The notes under the pieces were generated by a model. That model worked only from the letters and a program-made list of their open reading frames with translations. It was not told the origin of the DNA and did no database searches. 64,000 nt of DNA from Heteronotia binoei (Eukaryota), in contig NC_083239.1 in NCBI RefSeq assembly GCF_032191835.1, forward strand, positions 31,000,001-31,064,000, written 5' to 3'. A program made the position numbers and the translations under genes. This document shows, in pieces, positions 36,392 through 47,900 of this stretch. Numbering within the stretch: position 1 is the stretch's first letter; every line of letters starts with the position of its first letter.

Positions 36392-36833
36392 CTTTGAGGT
36401 ATTGTTCTTCAGTGCGTAAATACCTTCTTGGTTATGAGATACATTTGCTTAGAAGAACCTGATTTGTAAGAAGGATAAATGTTTAGCTGTGAATATAGTG
36501 ATAGGATACATTATAGTCAATTTAGTAAATAAAATTTATTTAAAAAAAAAACAAAACACTTTCATGGGAAGGCCCTGCTGGCTATGCTGTAGCTGCTATT
36601 TCATGCTGTCAATATTTCCCCAGAAAAGGCAGAAAAATATTTGTATTTTGCTTTTGTAAGTCTTTTTAAAAATATAAACTATTAAAAATTTAAACAAGAT
36701 TTAAAAAAAGAGCAAAGAAAAATCACAGAGAATGTTTTGTAAGTCTCCATTGTCATCCTGGACTCTTAGATTCTTTTGCTTACAGTGGCTGTCACATTTT
36801 AATTCATGTGTTGTTTCATTTTGGGGCGAACAG

Positions 36834-37058
36834 CTGAAGCAGCCCATGGATATCTTTATGTCCCATGACTGGCCCAGAGGCATCTATCATTACGGAAACA
36901 AGAACGCGCTGCTTAAGAAGAAATCCTTTTTCCGCCAAGAAGTGGAAGACAACACACTGGGAAGCCCTGCTGCATCGGAACTTCTGCACCATTTGAAGCC
37001 TGCATACTGGTTCTCAGCTCACCTTCATGTCAAATTTGCAGCCGTAATGCAACACAAG
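36834..37058 (+). CDS. DBR1: DBR1 exon 5 ([16 protein letters not shown]...[12 protein letters not shown])
   Basis: SHDWP and SAHLH metal-ligand motifs; aacag/gtacgg boundaries, 225 nt. Confidence 0.97.
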
Positions 37059-37235
37059 GTACGGGAGGGGAGAATTTGGCTGAATGGGTGTGGAGATCTG
37101 TGTGTTCGTGGAGGAGTTCCCAGATGGGTTGTGGTGGAGATAAAAATGCATTCCTGTTTTAAAAGAATAAATTGGACATTTGGCTGGAATCTCTTATAAT
37201 TGGTAACATATATGTTTCTTGTAGGATCTTGGAAC

Positions 37236-37429
37236 CAATGTTCCCTCTAAGCTGAGTTAGCATGAGCAAGCTCACAGATTTTTAGCCTCCATCTCACGCG
37301 TTTTAGTCTTAGCTCAGGAAGGATGACCCCAGAGCACAATAATTTATACAGTAGCTCACAACTTTAATGCCAGTAGCTCACAAAGTAGAATTTTTGCTCA
37401 CAAGATTCTGCAGCTTAGAGGGAACATTG
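37236..37429. mobile_element. hAT MITE, perfect 8-bp TSD cttggaac
   Basis: TIR caatgttccctctaagctg at both ends; TSD at 37228-37235 and 37430-37437. Confidence 0.85.
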
Positions 37430-38399
37430 CTTGGAACAGTGTCATTTTGACTGCCAGGCTCAGATTTCTCTTGACAATGAAATTGGTATCTTTATTGCTG
37501 ATAGCAGCCCAATCACAACTTACAGCATGAAGATTTTACAAAATCTGATTGTGGCTTAGTAGGATGGGAGAGGTCACATTGCGAGAAAGCAAAATGTATT
37601 TGGGTAAAAAATTGGATTGATTCAGTAGAGAAGCCATGGCCTTCAGTTTGGAAGACCAGATCATAGGATGTTTTGGTGATCATAGGGTTGCCATAAGTCA
37701 GAAACAATTTAGCTGCATATAACATGCACGCAAGATGGGTGACCTGCTGTGGGCTTAATTCGTACTTCTCCTCCCCCAAAGAAATAACAAGGAAGCATTA
37801 GGGGTTGGTTTGTTTTTGAAAGATGGTTTATTATTTTTATTGGAAAAATATTATTCACAGAGCATTGATCTTCTGGATTGATAAGTAGTGCTTGGTTAGT
37901 TTAAGAGCCTGCTTCGGCAGGGAGGGCAGGATATCAATCAAAGAAATAAATGTCATTTCAGTCCTCCAAGGGAACTGGTTGGCTGCTGTGAGATAGGATG
38001 CTGGACTAGATACCTCACTGGTCTGATCCAGCAGGGCTCTTTTTATGTTCTTAGATCAAGCTTAGAAGTGTACCATGGAGCAGTATGTCACATTTCTTCA
38101 TGGTGTGGCTGTAAAATAACTGGGCATTTTGCTTTTCTGTCCAAGAACTATAGTGAGCATTGATACTTTCAAATGTTCAGAGTATCTTATCTTGCTATGA
38201 TACTTAAAATATTTTTGTCAGGCTATTAGTTTTGATACCCCCAAGTTACAGAAGGTGGTAGTCAAGTGAAGAGTGGCTGTACTAAGAGCGGTTGAGTTTG
38301 TTACAGAGGCAAGATTTGAATGAAGGACAGGTTCATAGCCCAGCCTCTTAGCCCCTATGATAGACTAGCTCTTTTTTCTTTTTCTGGTATTTTGTGTGT

Positions 38400-38607
38400 G
38401 CGTGTGAGTGCATGTTTGTGCACCTGGAAGTCATAGTGACCTCTGGTGACTGACCCCTACTGGGAGTCTGGAGGATGTTCAGAGAGTTGGCTGAATAAAG
38501 CCTGCCCCCGCCTCCCACATCTGGTATTCCAAGGAGGTCTCCCATCCAAGTACTTGCCAGAGTCGACCCTGCTTAGGTTTCGAGATCTAATGGGATCAGG
38601 CTTGCCT
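38400..38607 (-). mobile_element. 5S-headed SINE variant
   Basis: ggtctcccatccaagtacttgccagagtcgaccctgcttagg is complementary to 5S; sister copy at 43925-44153. Confidence 0.65.
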
Positions 38608-38902
38608 GGGCTATCCAAGCTTTCAAAGGATTCCCCCCACCCCAATTTTTATTATTATTTAAGGCTATTTATTCTGCCTTTCCTCCATAAATCTTATATG
38701 TGATTCATCTTTATGTCATTCAGTTCTCACAATGATTCTGTGTGGGAGGTCAAGCTAAGCAAAAGTCTAGTTCAGCTACTAGACTAGATAACCCTAATTC
38801 AGCTACTACAAGCATTGATGGTTGAACTGAAAGTCCTGTAAACAAAAAAAAAGTTTAGTTTTTTAAAAAGAGAATAAAACATGGCACCCCAAAAATAATG
38901 TA

Positions 38903-39634
38903 CCGTATATACTCGAGTATAAGCCAACCCGAATATAAGCCGAGGCTTCTAATTTTACCCCCAAAATCTGGGGAAACTTATTGACTCGAGTATAAGCCGA
39001 GGGTGGGCTTATACTCGGTAGTTACTGGTAAACCTATGGAGGAGCGCCTCCAGCCCCGGGTCTCCCGCGGTCCCCTCGCCCGGCCGCACCGACCGCAACT
39101 CCCGCAACCCGGCCAGGCGCCGCTCCACTGGGCTGCACATGATCCTCCGCTCGCCGAAGCCGCCGCAGGAGCAGTTGCGGCGAGGGAGCGAGGAGGCTGC
39201 CGTCGAGGCAGAAGGAAGACGAGGAAGAAACGACGACGGCGCCCGGCCAGCCCGAGCCAGATCTGCCGCCTCCAGCACCTGAGGAGCCACTGCGAACAGG
39301 GGTCCAGCCAGGAGCGGCTGCGGCTGAGAAGGGTCGGCGGCCGGTTCCGCCGATGGTCCCCGGCAGGGAGGACCCCGCCAGCCCCCGCGGGTGGCGCCAG
39401 AGGAGCCGGGCGACGAGGAGGCGGTGACCAGAGGGCTGGAGAAGCGAGCTCGGCCATGGGGCCCTCTTCCACAGCGAGACGATGTGCGGGGGCCCCCCAG
39501 ACACCCCAGACGTGGGGCGACCCGCCCTCCCCGCCCCCCCTCCCTACACCACTGACTCGAGTATAAGCCGAGGAGGGGGTTTTTCTGCCCAAAATTTGGG
39601 CAGAAAAACTCGGCTTATACTCGAGTATATACGG
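38903..39634. mobile_element. Tc1/mariner (Tc2-like) MITE with TA TSD carrying ~500 bp of CpG-rich internal sequence
   Basis: TIR ccgtatatactcgagtataagcc at both ends, TA flanks (38901-02, 39635-36), GC/CpG-rich interior 39030-39545. Confidence 0.85.
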
Positions 39635-39827
39635 TAAATAAAAAAATGTGATTGTTCCATCTGTGCAAAATGTGATTATTCCATTGATGTGAGCTTTGAG
39701 TGGGTGTGAGGAATGAATATACAGGTATTCCACGTTGTTGCTTCCAAGTAGTGTCTCTTGTTTGTTTTATTATAATAGCCGCAATTAGCACATGTACATA
39801 TTATATGTCTTAACTCCTATTTTCTAG

Positions 39828-39908
39828 GCTGACAGCAGTGAGCAGCAGCCCAAAGCAACAAAATTTCTAGCCCTGGATAAATGCTTGCCAAAGCGAGACT
39901 TTCTTCAG
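39828..39908 (+). CDS. DBR1: DBR1 exon 6 (ADSSEQQPKATKFLALDKCLPKRDFLQ)
   Basis: tctag/gtaggc boundaries, 81 nt; TKFLALDKCLP motif. Confidence 0.97.
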
Positions 39909-40684
39909 GTAGGCCTCTCTGAAGTCTTCTATCTCGAATGTTCTCTTAATACCAACATGGCTGGCCTTGATCAAGGAAGCAGAAAATGGTCAGACAGGTC
40001 CCCTCCTTGGTTGGGACTCTTCATATATAGGGGGAAAAATGACTTCTTTAATTCATGAAAAGCAAATTGGGGAGGGAGGGAGAATTAGACAAGCCCCAGA
40101 GCAGCCTGATGAGGCCTGAATATGCTCTGAAAGGCACTGAATGTTGAGAGGAGCTTGGAGCGTCTGTTAAAGGGGGCAGTTGGTCTACGCAAGCCCCTGA
40201 GGCTTCACAGCATCTTGGGAAAGGAAGTTTTTGAAGGATAGCTGTCAAGTTGTTTCCTCTTCCGGGTGATTCCTGGCCAGGTTCTCAACTTGTTTTGATA
40301 TATATTGTCAGGCCTGAGACAGGTAGAATTGGGGGTTTTTTTAAGGCTGATATCCAAAGATGGCTGACTGTTTTTGAAGCTGGAGCCTTTGATAGGAAAA
40401 AGTAATTCTTACTAGGCCTTTGTCTGTGTTCTTGGCTTTCCTGAAGTGTATCTTAAACAGTCAGCAGGATAAATGACAGCTTGGGCTGAGTGGAGGGGGT
40501 TGTTTGTTGAGAAAGGTGCCACAGGGAGGGAAGAGATTATTCCCTCTCCCTCAACACTGTGACCCTAATCCAGTTTGTTCAGTGCCCTCCCACGCTGCTC
40601 TTTAGCAAGGAAAACCATGCTGGAGGTCCCTTCACAGATACTTCCTCTGTTTTTTTTTAAATGTAAAATTGCCACAGTCCATTG

Positions 40685-40890
40685 GAAGAAGGGCTGTGAC
40701 TCACTGGTTGAGCATCTGCTTGGCCTGCAGAAAGTCCCAGGTTCACTTCCCGGCATCTCTAGTGAAAAGGCTCAGGTAGCAGGGGATGTGAAAGACCTGT
40801 GTAAGACACTGCAAAGCTGCTGCCAGTCTGAGTAGACAATACTGACCTCGATGAACTGATGGTTTGGTTCAGTAGAAGGCAGCTTCACGA
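40685..40890 (+). mobile_element. tRNA-derived SINE (Squam2-like)
   Basis: A/B box head and gaaggcagcttca 3' end, same family as 3430. Confidence 0.7.
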
Positions 40891-41290
40891 AATTTCTTCA
40901 CGTGAAATTTAAACATCTGATTGCTTTCCATCAGAGAAATGAACAGCTTCAACTGGCTGCCATTTGTCTCTTCCCAATTTCTGATTGGATTCGCTGAGCA
41001 AATCAGTGTAGAGTTTCATCTCTGTAAGCCCATTGATTTCAAGGATCTTAAAGGGGGTGCTGAATGGCACCATTAGGTAAGCATAAACCTTTGTAGCCTG
41101 GCTTCAGATACAGAGTTTCTCAGCCTTTCCCCAAGAAAGCAGAGGGAGAAAAAGGCAAAGTGTTGTGAGAATCTGTGTCTTTCTGCTGAAAGAGGGCAGA
41201 GACAAAGCTTCCTAACTTCTGGAGTGTGTGCATGTGTTTTCATTGATTTATTTTATCACATTTATATCCCTCCCTCCCCTAATTTTAAAG

Positions 41291-41436
41291 ATTGTAGAGA
41301 TCGAGCACAATCCCAGCGCTTCTGACACCCTGGAGTATGACCCAGAATGGATTGCTGTTCTCAAAGCGACCAACAACCTCATCAGTGTGTCTCCAAACAC
41401 TTGGAATATGCCTGAAAACAATGGACTCCATGCCAG
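41291..41436 (+). CDS. DBR1: DBR1 exon 7 (IVEIEH...[14 protein letters not shown]...NNGLHAR)
   Basis: taaag/gtaggt boundaries, 146 nt. Confidence 0.96.
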
Positions 41437-41938
41437 GTAGGTAGAACAGAGGACACTTGCCAGATGTTAGAATTCCTACCTGCAAACATCTGCTTGGTTG
41501 ACATTCCAAAATTCAGCTTGACTGGATGGCCTGCTGACATCTATTGGACCAAAATTTAATTACTTCTAGAGTAATTAAACTAAAGTCCAGGGCTTCTCAA
41601 AAAAGTCTACTTCTAGAATAGAGATCCAAACCTCTGAAAAGTCTGCTCACTTTCTCTTCTTGAGCCACTCTGGTAGGGTACGTGGCAAAAGTGCCCTTGT
41701 GATGGTGGTATGCTGTGTTTAGGTGACTTACAGTGGTTTGCCTGGGGGATGGGTGTCCAAAGCCTAGCAGAACAGCACTGTTTTCTCCTGATTTAGGACA
41801 TCCCGATGCCTCTTCTGCAGGTCCTTCCCTGCTGTAGCTTACTCACACATATAGGGTTTTTGTGTTTTTTTCTGTCTTGGAGAGAAAGCTATCTTGCTTA
41901 TACCTAAGCAAGTTGTCAATTATTCAATTCCCCTAGAC

Positions 41939-42639
41939 CAGGGGTCCCCAACCCCTGGGCCGGGAACTGGTACTGGGCCGTGGCCTGTTTAGAATGGGCC
42001 GTGGCCTGTTTAGAATGGGCCGTGCAGCCTCGCCGCCTCTCTCTCCCACCCCCGTTTTCACCATTTTAAGTACAGGGAAGGGAAAGAGATAAGGGCAGCA
42101 TCACTGGCTTGCTTTCCTGCCAATCAGCGCTTCATGGGCCCTTCCCTGGCCTTAAAAATAGTGAAAACGGGAGGAGAAGGAGGCTGCACGGGGGCAAAGG
42201 AGGCAGGAGGAAACAGGGGAGGGAAATGGGAGGAGGAGGAGGCGGCGAAGCGGCGGTGCAGTAATGAGGCTGCATGGGGGGCTGACGAAGGAGGGAGGAA
42301 GAAAACGGGGGAGGAGGAGGCTGTGAGGCTGCGTGGGGCAGCAGCGAGGCTGCACAGAGGGCCAGCGAAGGAGGGAGGAGGAAAACGGGGAGGAGGCTGT
42401 GAGGCTGCGTGGAGCAGCAACAAGGCTGCGAGAGGGGCCAGCAAAGGAGGGAGGAGGAAAATGGGGAAAGAGGCTGTGTGGGGGGGGCAAAGGAGGGAGG
42501 AGGAAATGGGGGAGAGGAGGCACCGTGGGGGGGCAGGGGGAGGTTGAATTGGGTGCCCCCACCCTCCCGGCCCTGGGGCTGTGGTCGGCAGGCCGGCCCT
42601 GGTGCTGGTCCCTGGGGCGAAAAAGGTTGGGGACCACTA
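41939..42639. mobile_element. hAT-Charlie (MER1-like) MITE with perfect TSD ccctagac and an internal purine-rich minisatellite
   Basis: TIR caggggtccccaac / gttggggaccacta; TSD at 41931-41938 and 42640-42647. Confidence 0.85.
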
Positions 42640-42690
42640 CCCTAGACTCTTGGTTCATCCCACTCCAGCCTCTGCCCATATGGTATTTAG

Positions 42691-43081
42691 CAAGGATCCC
42701 CAACCATTTTGTCCTGGCAGGCACCTTTGGAAATCTGATGTAGGGTAGCGTGTGCAACCACAAAATGGCCATTGCAGGAGACGGAGCCAACCACAAAGTG
42801 TCAGGGAGTGAGATTATACACAATACTTCAGCGTTTCTGGCAGAAGCTCTGTTTAATGGGATGCTTTTGGATATGAACATATTAACAATATATCCTTGCA
42901 GGCACTCAAGTGTTCATATTGAGCTGGCTAAGAAAACTCATCTGGCAGTTATCTGCCAGATCTCCAGTGGTTAATCAGAAGCTCTGTTGGCCCTACCCAC
43001 TTTCTAAAAATGCTTGGTGGGCACCAGGAAAGCCATCAGCAGGCACCACGACTCTCACTGGCACCATGTCGGGAACCCCTG
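42691..43081. mobile_element. Older hAT MITE
   Basis: caaggatccccaac...gtcgggaacccctg termini; no clean TSD. Confidence 0.5.
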
Positions 43082-43924
43082 TGTTACGGGATACTTCTGT
43101 GTCCCTACTTTTTGTCTTTTAATTTTTTAAAATAACACAACAACAATGCATCAATGTAACATCACGCCAGAATAAATTTAATACAGAATTAAAATTGTTA
43201 TTATCTTCTGTAAATCTAAATTATTACATTAATGAGGTAAATTTAAAATAGTGACGATTAATAAAAGAATACAGGGAAATTCGGTGTCGCTACTTAGCTG
43301 CCTATATGATCCTTCTTTCCAACAAAGTGGCTAATGATACTTCAGGATTACTACTTTTGCCTTGGGCGTTGGGGTGGAAACATTAACTTGATAGCTCTGC
43401 TTTTGGATGTGACTTAAAGTGGGGGGGTGGTGCTTGGTGGGGGAGGGAAAAGCGATCTGTACTTTCCCCCAGACATTACAAATACTTGGGTGCTCTGATT
43501 AGGAGCAAAGGGGCCCCAGGAGGAGTTTGTGAGAGGGCATGGGCAAGATAAGGGCAAGAAGCAGAGCCAGGGTGACCAGACATCACAGCTGGTGATGCAA
43601 GTGGGTCGCATTTGGTGTACCCTCAGTTCCTCTCAGACCTATTTGCATGCCCAGCTAAGGAAAGATGAAGGGACTAACTAAACACTAAGGAAAGACGTGG
43701 CCAAAAAGAAACTAATGGCTGCAGTTTGTCTCTAGAACCACTGGATTGTTAAAAAAAACAAGTAACAGAGATTCTTGGTAGATTCTATACAAGAATTATT
43801 CAAAGTATATAATTTTTTAAATGCAAGTTGGCAAAGAAGTCGACCAATCCCATCCCTAGTCACCATAAGCCAGCTGCAATTTCATAATACTTTACACACA
43901 TCTATATCTTTTTGTGTGTGTATT

Positions 43925-44153
43925 TTGTATATTTTTGTGTGTGTGTTTCTACCTGGAAGTCATGTCAACCTGTGGTGATTGACTCCTATGGGGGCCTGGA
44001 GGATATTCAGAGGTGACTGAATAGAGCCTGCCCCTGTCCTCTAGACTGGGTATTTCAAGGAAGTTTTCCATCCATGTACTAAACCACAGTCAACCCTGCT
44101 TAGCTTCTGAGATCTGATGAGATTGGGCTTGCCTGGGCTATCCAGGTCAGAGC
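43925..44153 (-). mobile_element. 5S-headed SINE variant
   Basis: ccctgcttagcttctgagatctgatgagattgggc is complementary to 5S. Confidence 0.65.
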
Positions 44154-44333
44154 ACACATCTTTATCTTTTGATAAGTTCTGCCTGCTACAGATGGACAGA
44201 TGTATACTTTTATTATTACAGTTTATTTAAGTATTTATGCCCCTACTTTACTCCCCAAGGGCTCCCACTGGAATTTAGCACGTGCAAGTCTGGTTACCTG
44301 ACTTTGACTCACCTTCTTCTCGACTTCTTGCAG

Positions 44334-45000
44334 GTGGGATTACAGCGTTACAGAAGAAGATACCAAGGCAGTGCTGGACGAGGCCAACAACAACCTTCAG
44401 GTCCCCCAGAACTTCAGCGCCACGAGCTCCAACGGCAACAAATCGCAGCAGCGCGTAGCTCCAGTCCACAGAATCAATCCTCAGACCACGGAGTTCTGCG
44501 CCCGGTTTGGTCTGGTGGACATCAACAACAGAATCCAGCAAGTAAGGGAGGAGATTCTGGCACAGAGAGGGGACGAGGAAGAAGAGGAGGAGGAGGAAGA
44601 GGAGGTAGACAGTACTGGGGAAGCCAGTGACTATAATACGGATGTGTCCGGGTTGACCGCCTCCATCAACCCTGACGAGATAATACTGGATGACGAAGCC
44701 AGCGGTGAGGAAGATCCCAACGACAGCTCAGACCAGCAGTCTGATGCCACCTCCACGTATTCCGAACTCAGGAGGCTGCCGAGCAGCATGAACGTATCGT
44801 CTGATGACGGCCTGGACAGCGCGAGCGCCAACCTGGGGCAGATGAGCAGCGGTGACCAGGAGGAAGAGCAGAACACCTCCGACAAATCCCTGAAGCGGGC
44901 AGGCGATGAGGACGCAGAAGAAAAGAGTGGGAAAAAGAAAATTAAAAGACGCAACCAGGCCATCTATGCGGCACAGGAGGAGGAGGAGGAGGGGGAATGA
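44334..45000 (+). CDS. DBR1: DBR1 exon 8 (WDYSVTEED...INPQTTEFC...NPDEIILDDE...KKIKRRNQAIYAAQEEEEEGE*)
   Basis: tgcag acceptor, 667 nt to TGA; conserved NPQT..FC, NPDEI and KRRNQAIY motifs. Full CDS 1611 nt = 536 aa. Confidence 0.96.
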
Positions 45001-45603
45001 AGAGTCTCCATTTGGGAGACCTCTGAGGCTCTTCTCGGACTGGGACGTGTGCCCGGCTTGATGGAGGCTGTGGCAGTACTGGATTGTTTCTGATGGTTTT
45101 AATGGTGTCCACCAGCCCTATATTTTTTTTAAGCAACAACAAGAATATAGTATCACAGAAGTTTTAAAACATCAGTGTCCTTTATTACTTTTTTAACATA
45201 ATGCATTACTTTTTTTACAGGGCCTTGCCAGGCAGGGAGGGACTATTTAAAAATGCAAGAGAGAGTTTGAAAAAGGGGGTTCTCTTGAGTTGGAGTGTAA
45301 CGATTTGACATGGTTACCCCTGTCTTTTTTTTTTCCGTTCTTTCCACCCACAGCACTTAAACCCCCTGGGTCTGAATCCCTCGATCAGCTCATTTTGCTG
45401 TGGCAGATTTCAGGAGGTCACAATTTCTCAGGGAAGCCCCTCCCCTCCCTCTTCCAGTGATGACAAGGTGATTTATGCCATATTGGCATTAGGAGCCAAA
45501 AGGCTATCTCGCATGTGTTTTCTCGGGTGGGAGGAGGGTACCTTCAGAAGCATGTTTGCTATATGTAATAGATGAAATCAGGGTGATTTTACCATGTCAG
45601 AAG

Positions 45604-45798
45604 CAGTGTTCCCTCTAAGCTGAGTTAGTGTGAGCTAGCTCACAGTTTTTTAGCCCCCTGGCTCACCTATTTTTGTCTTAGCTCGGGGAAAATGGCCCCA
45701 GAGCAACCTAATTTATGCAGCAGCTCACAATTGTAACGCCAGTAGCTCACAAAGTAGAATTTTTGCTCACAAAACTCCACATCTTAATGGGAGTATTG
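45604..45798. mobile_element. hAT MITE, CAGTGTTCCCTCTAAGCTG family, in the DBR1 3' region
   Basis: Left TIR intact, right TIR decayed. Confidence 0.7.
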
Positions 45799-46471
45799 GT
45801 GAACCAGGGATTTGGGATATATTTATTGCCTTAATTTTCCAAGATGAACTGCGTGTGTTTAAATAAGTCCTTTAAAAAAATGAAATAGCTTATGGGCTTT
45901 TGCTCAGTCTGGTGCTCACGGACGCTGTGGTATAGCGCCACAGTGTTTCTCAGTGTCCACTTGCTTCTTTCTTAAATTATCTTTTCCCCAAAGCAGAGAA
46001 AAAAAAAATCCTGGCTCTTCTCCACCTCCTGGGCAGAGCGGGAGGCATTTTAAAAGACTCAAGGGAACATGACTTTTGAGTCTGCAATGAGTGCTGCTCA
46101 GAAATGGCTGCCTCCATCATAGACGAATGGAGTGTCCCAACATTTTATAACTGCTCTTCCCCTCATGGCAACCATTTCTTAAAATTCTGTAGTGCTCACA
46201 GGTTCCCCAAGGCTTGAGAAATCCCTCTTACATGTTGGAAATGTGCGGTATAGTGACAAAACGGAGACAGAAGAGAGAAGGAACAAGAGGGAAGAACAGA
46301 TAGTAGTGTCTGAACCAGAACTGGAATACAGGATGCTGATTTCTATAAACTCCATGTAACTTAATCAACAGGGCATGTCTATCAAGAACTGATCTTGTAG
46401 TTCTGCAAATACGCTAAATAATTATCATCTTGATTAGTCAGGACAGTTTAAAAAGCTGCTCTGAAGCTCCA

Positions 46472-46929
46472 TGTGTCAAACATGCGGTTTGGGGGCCCAG
46501 TCAGGCCCCCTGGAGGGCTCCTATCAGGTCCGTGAGCAACTGGCTGTCATCTGCTTCCTTCTCCCTCTCTCTTCCTTCTGCATCACAGCTTGCTCTGCCA
46601 GGCTCACTCAATTGCACAGGAGCTACAGAGTAAAGCCTCTCTTTTCTCCATCGGCTGGGGAGAGAGAGCTTGCTTTGTCAGGCTTTCTCAATCACGCAGC
46701 AGAGCTACTGAGCTACTCTTTTATTGATCGAGGCTCCTCAGAGCAAGAGTGGTCAGTAATCAGAGACTGTTATATAAAATAAAATATTGCAAGAGCGCTA
46801 ATGTTTTAAGCATGTTTTATTTTAAGTTTATTTAAAAAAAAATTGTTTGTCTTTATGACACATACGGCCTGGCCTCACAAAGTCCCATTTATGTCAGATT
46901 CTTGTAACAAATGAGTTTTGACTCTCCTG
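46472..46929. mobile_element. hAT MITE (CAGGGGTGTCAAAC family)
   Basis: Long match to the 49545-49945 copy and to pieces at 32.3-32.9 and 48.4-48.6 kb. Confidence 0.7.
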
Positions 46930-47749
46930 GGTTAGAGTATATTCCACTAGGACTTGAGAGGCCCAGATTCAAATTTTCACTTAGCCATGAAACCCATTGA
47001 GTGATGTTGGGCCAGGCACCTTCTCCTAATTTCACCTTTCCAGACCTGGGATCGGCCTTGAACCCCTAAGGCAACAAACTACTAAATTGTGAGCATATGA
47101 CATCAAAATCACATGACAGGCTTCTGCCTCCACTTAAAAAGGAATCTTCTCTGCCATTGACTGAACTTGCCTCTGTCTGCATGTTCTTTTGCACAGGTGG
47201 AAAGAGATGAGGCAAGATGCCTGTGACTAAAACTGCTAGCTTCAAAATGGCTCAGCAGTGCCCCCTGGAGTATTCTGGAGTCTAGGACCTGTGGAGTTTA
47301 CATTGGAATAACCCAGTCATTCCCATTCTTCATTGGGCCATTTTACCAACCTTACTTTTTAAAACAAAAGAAACCAGTTTGGACAGGAGCAACTGTTTGT
47401 CTTGGAAGTTCAGGGTCATTAACATCTACTTAACAGGAAAGAGTAACTTTCTGATTGATAACATTAGTTCCTGACATCAGAGGATGGGATTCTGCATTGG
47501 ATTGGTTAAACTGGCTGGTCATTTAGAAAAAGAGACTGGTTTAGGTTAGCTTCCATTTTCCATATATGGGGTGTGTGTGGATTTTCTCTTGTCCCATTGG
47601 AACTGTCTGAATCTGGTGGCCACAGGATGCTGGGTGAAGGTTAACACCCCCCCCACCCCCCCCAGAAATCTTGTTACTGAAAGGAGCTCTGCTCATTCAT
47701 TGAGTCATTTAGATAAAGTATGACTATCTAAACTTAGTTTGTGTCTGGT

Positions 47750-47900
47750 GGCACCAACAACGTTTTATTCAAGGTATAAGCTTTTGTGTTCTCATACACT
47801 TAGTTTATACCTTGAATAAAATTTTGTTGGTCTTAAAAGGTGCCACTGGACTCAAACGTCGTTCTATTGCTTCAGACCAACATGGCTGCCCACCTGAATA
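47750..47900. mobile_element. PLE pLTR foldback remnant
   Basis: ccaacaacgttttattcaaggtataagc / ataccttgaataaaattttgttggtc inverted pair. Confidence 0.65.

Noticed and set aside
38978-39733. Long ORFs of 251, 187 and 156 aa on both strands
   Set aside because: They arise from stop-poor GC-rich MITE cargo, span the TIRs, and show no recognisable domain.
35415-39827. U12-type introns in DBR1 (gtattttg donor; tcttaac near 39810)
   Set aside because: No intron has both a GTATCCTT donor and a TCCTTAAC branch; all fit U2-type.
42150-42480. CRISPR-like spaced repeats
   Set aside because: Vertebrate DNA with contiguous degenerate units and no unique spacers.
42124-42880. Overlapping 106-242 aa ORFs
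   Set aside because: Low-complexity purine-rich minisatellite inside a MITE.
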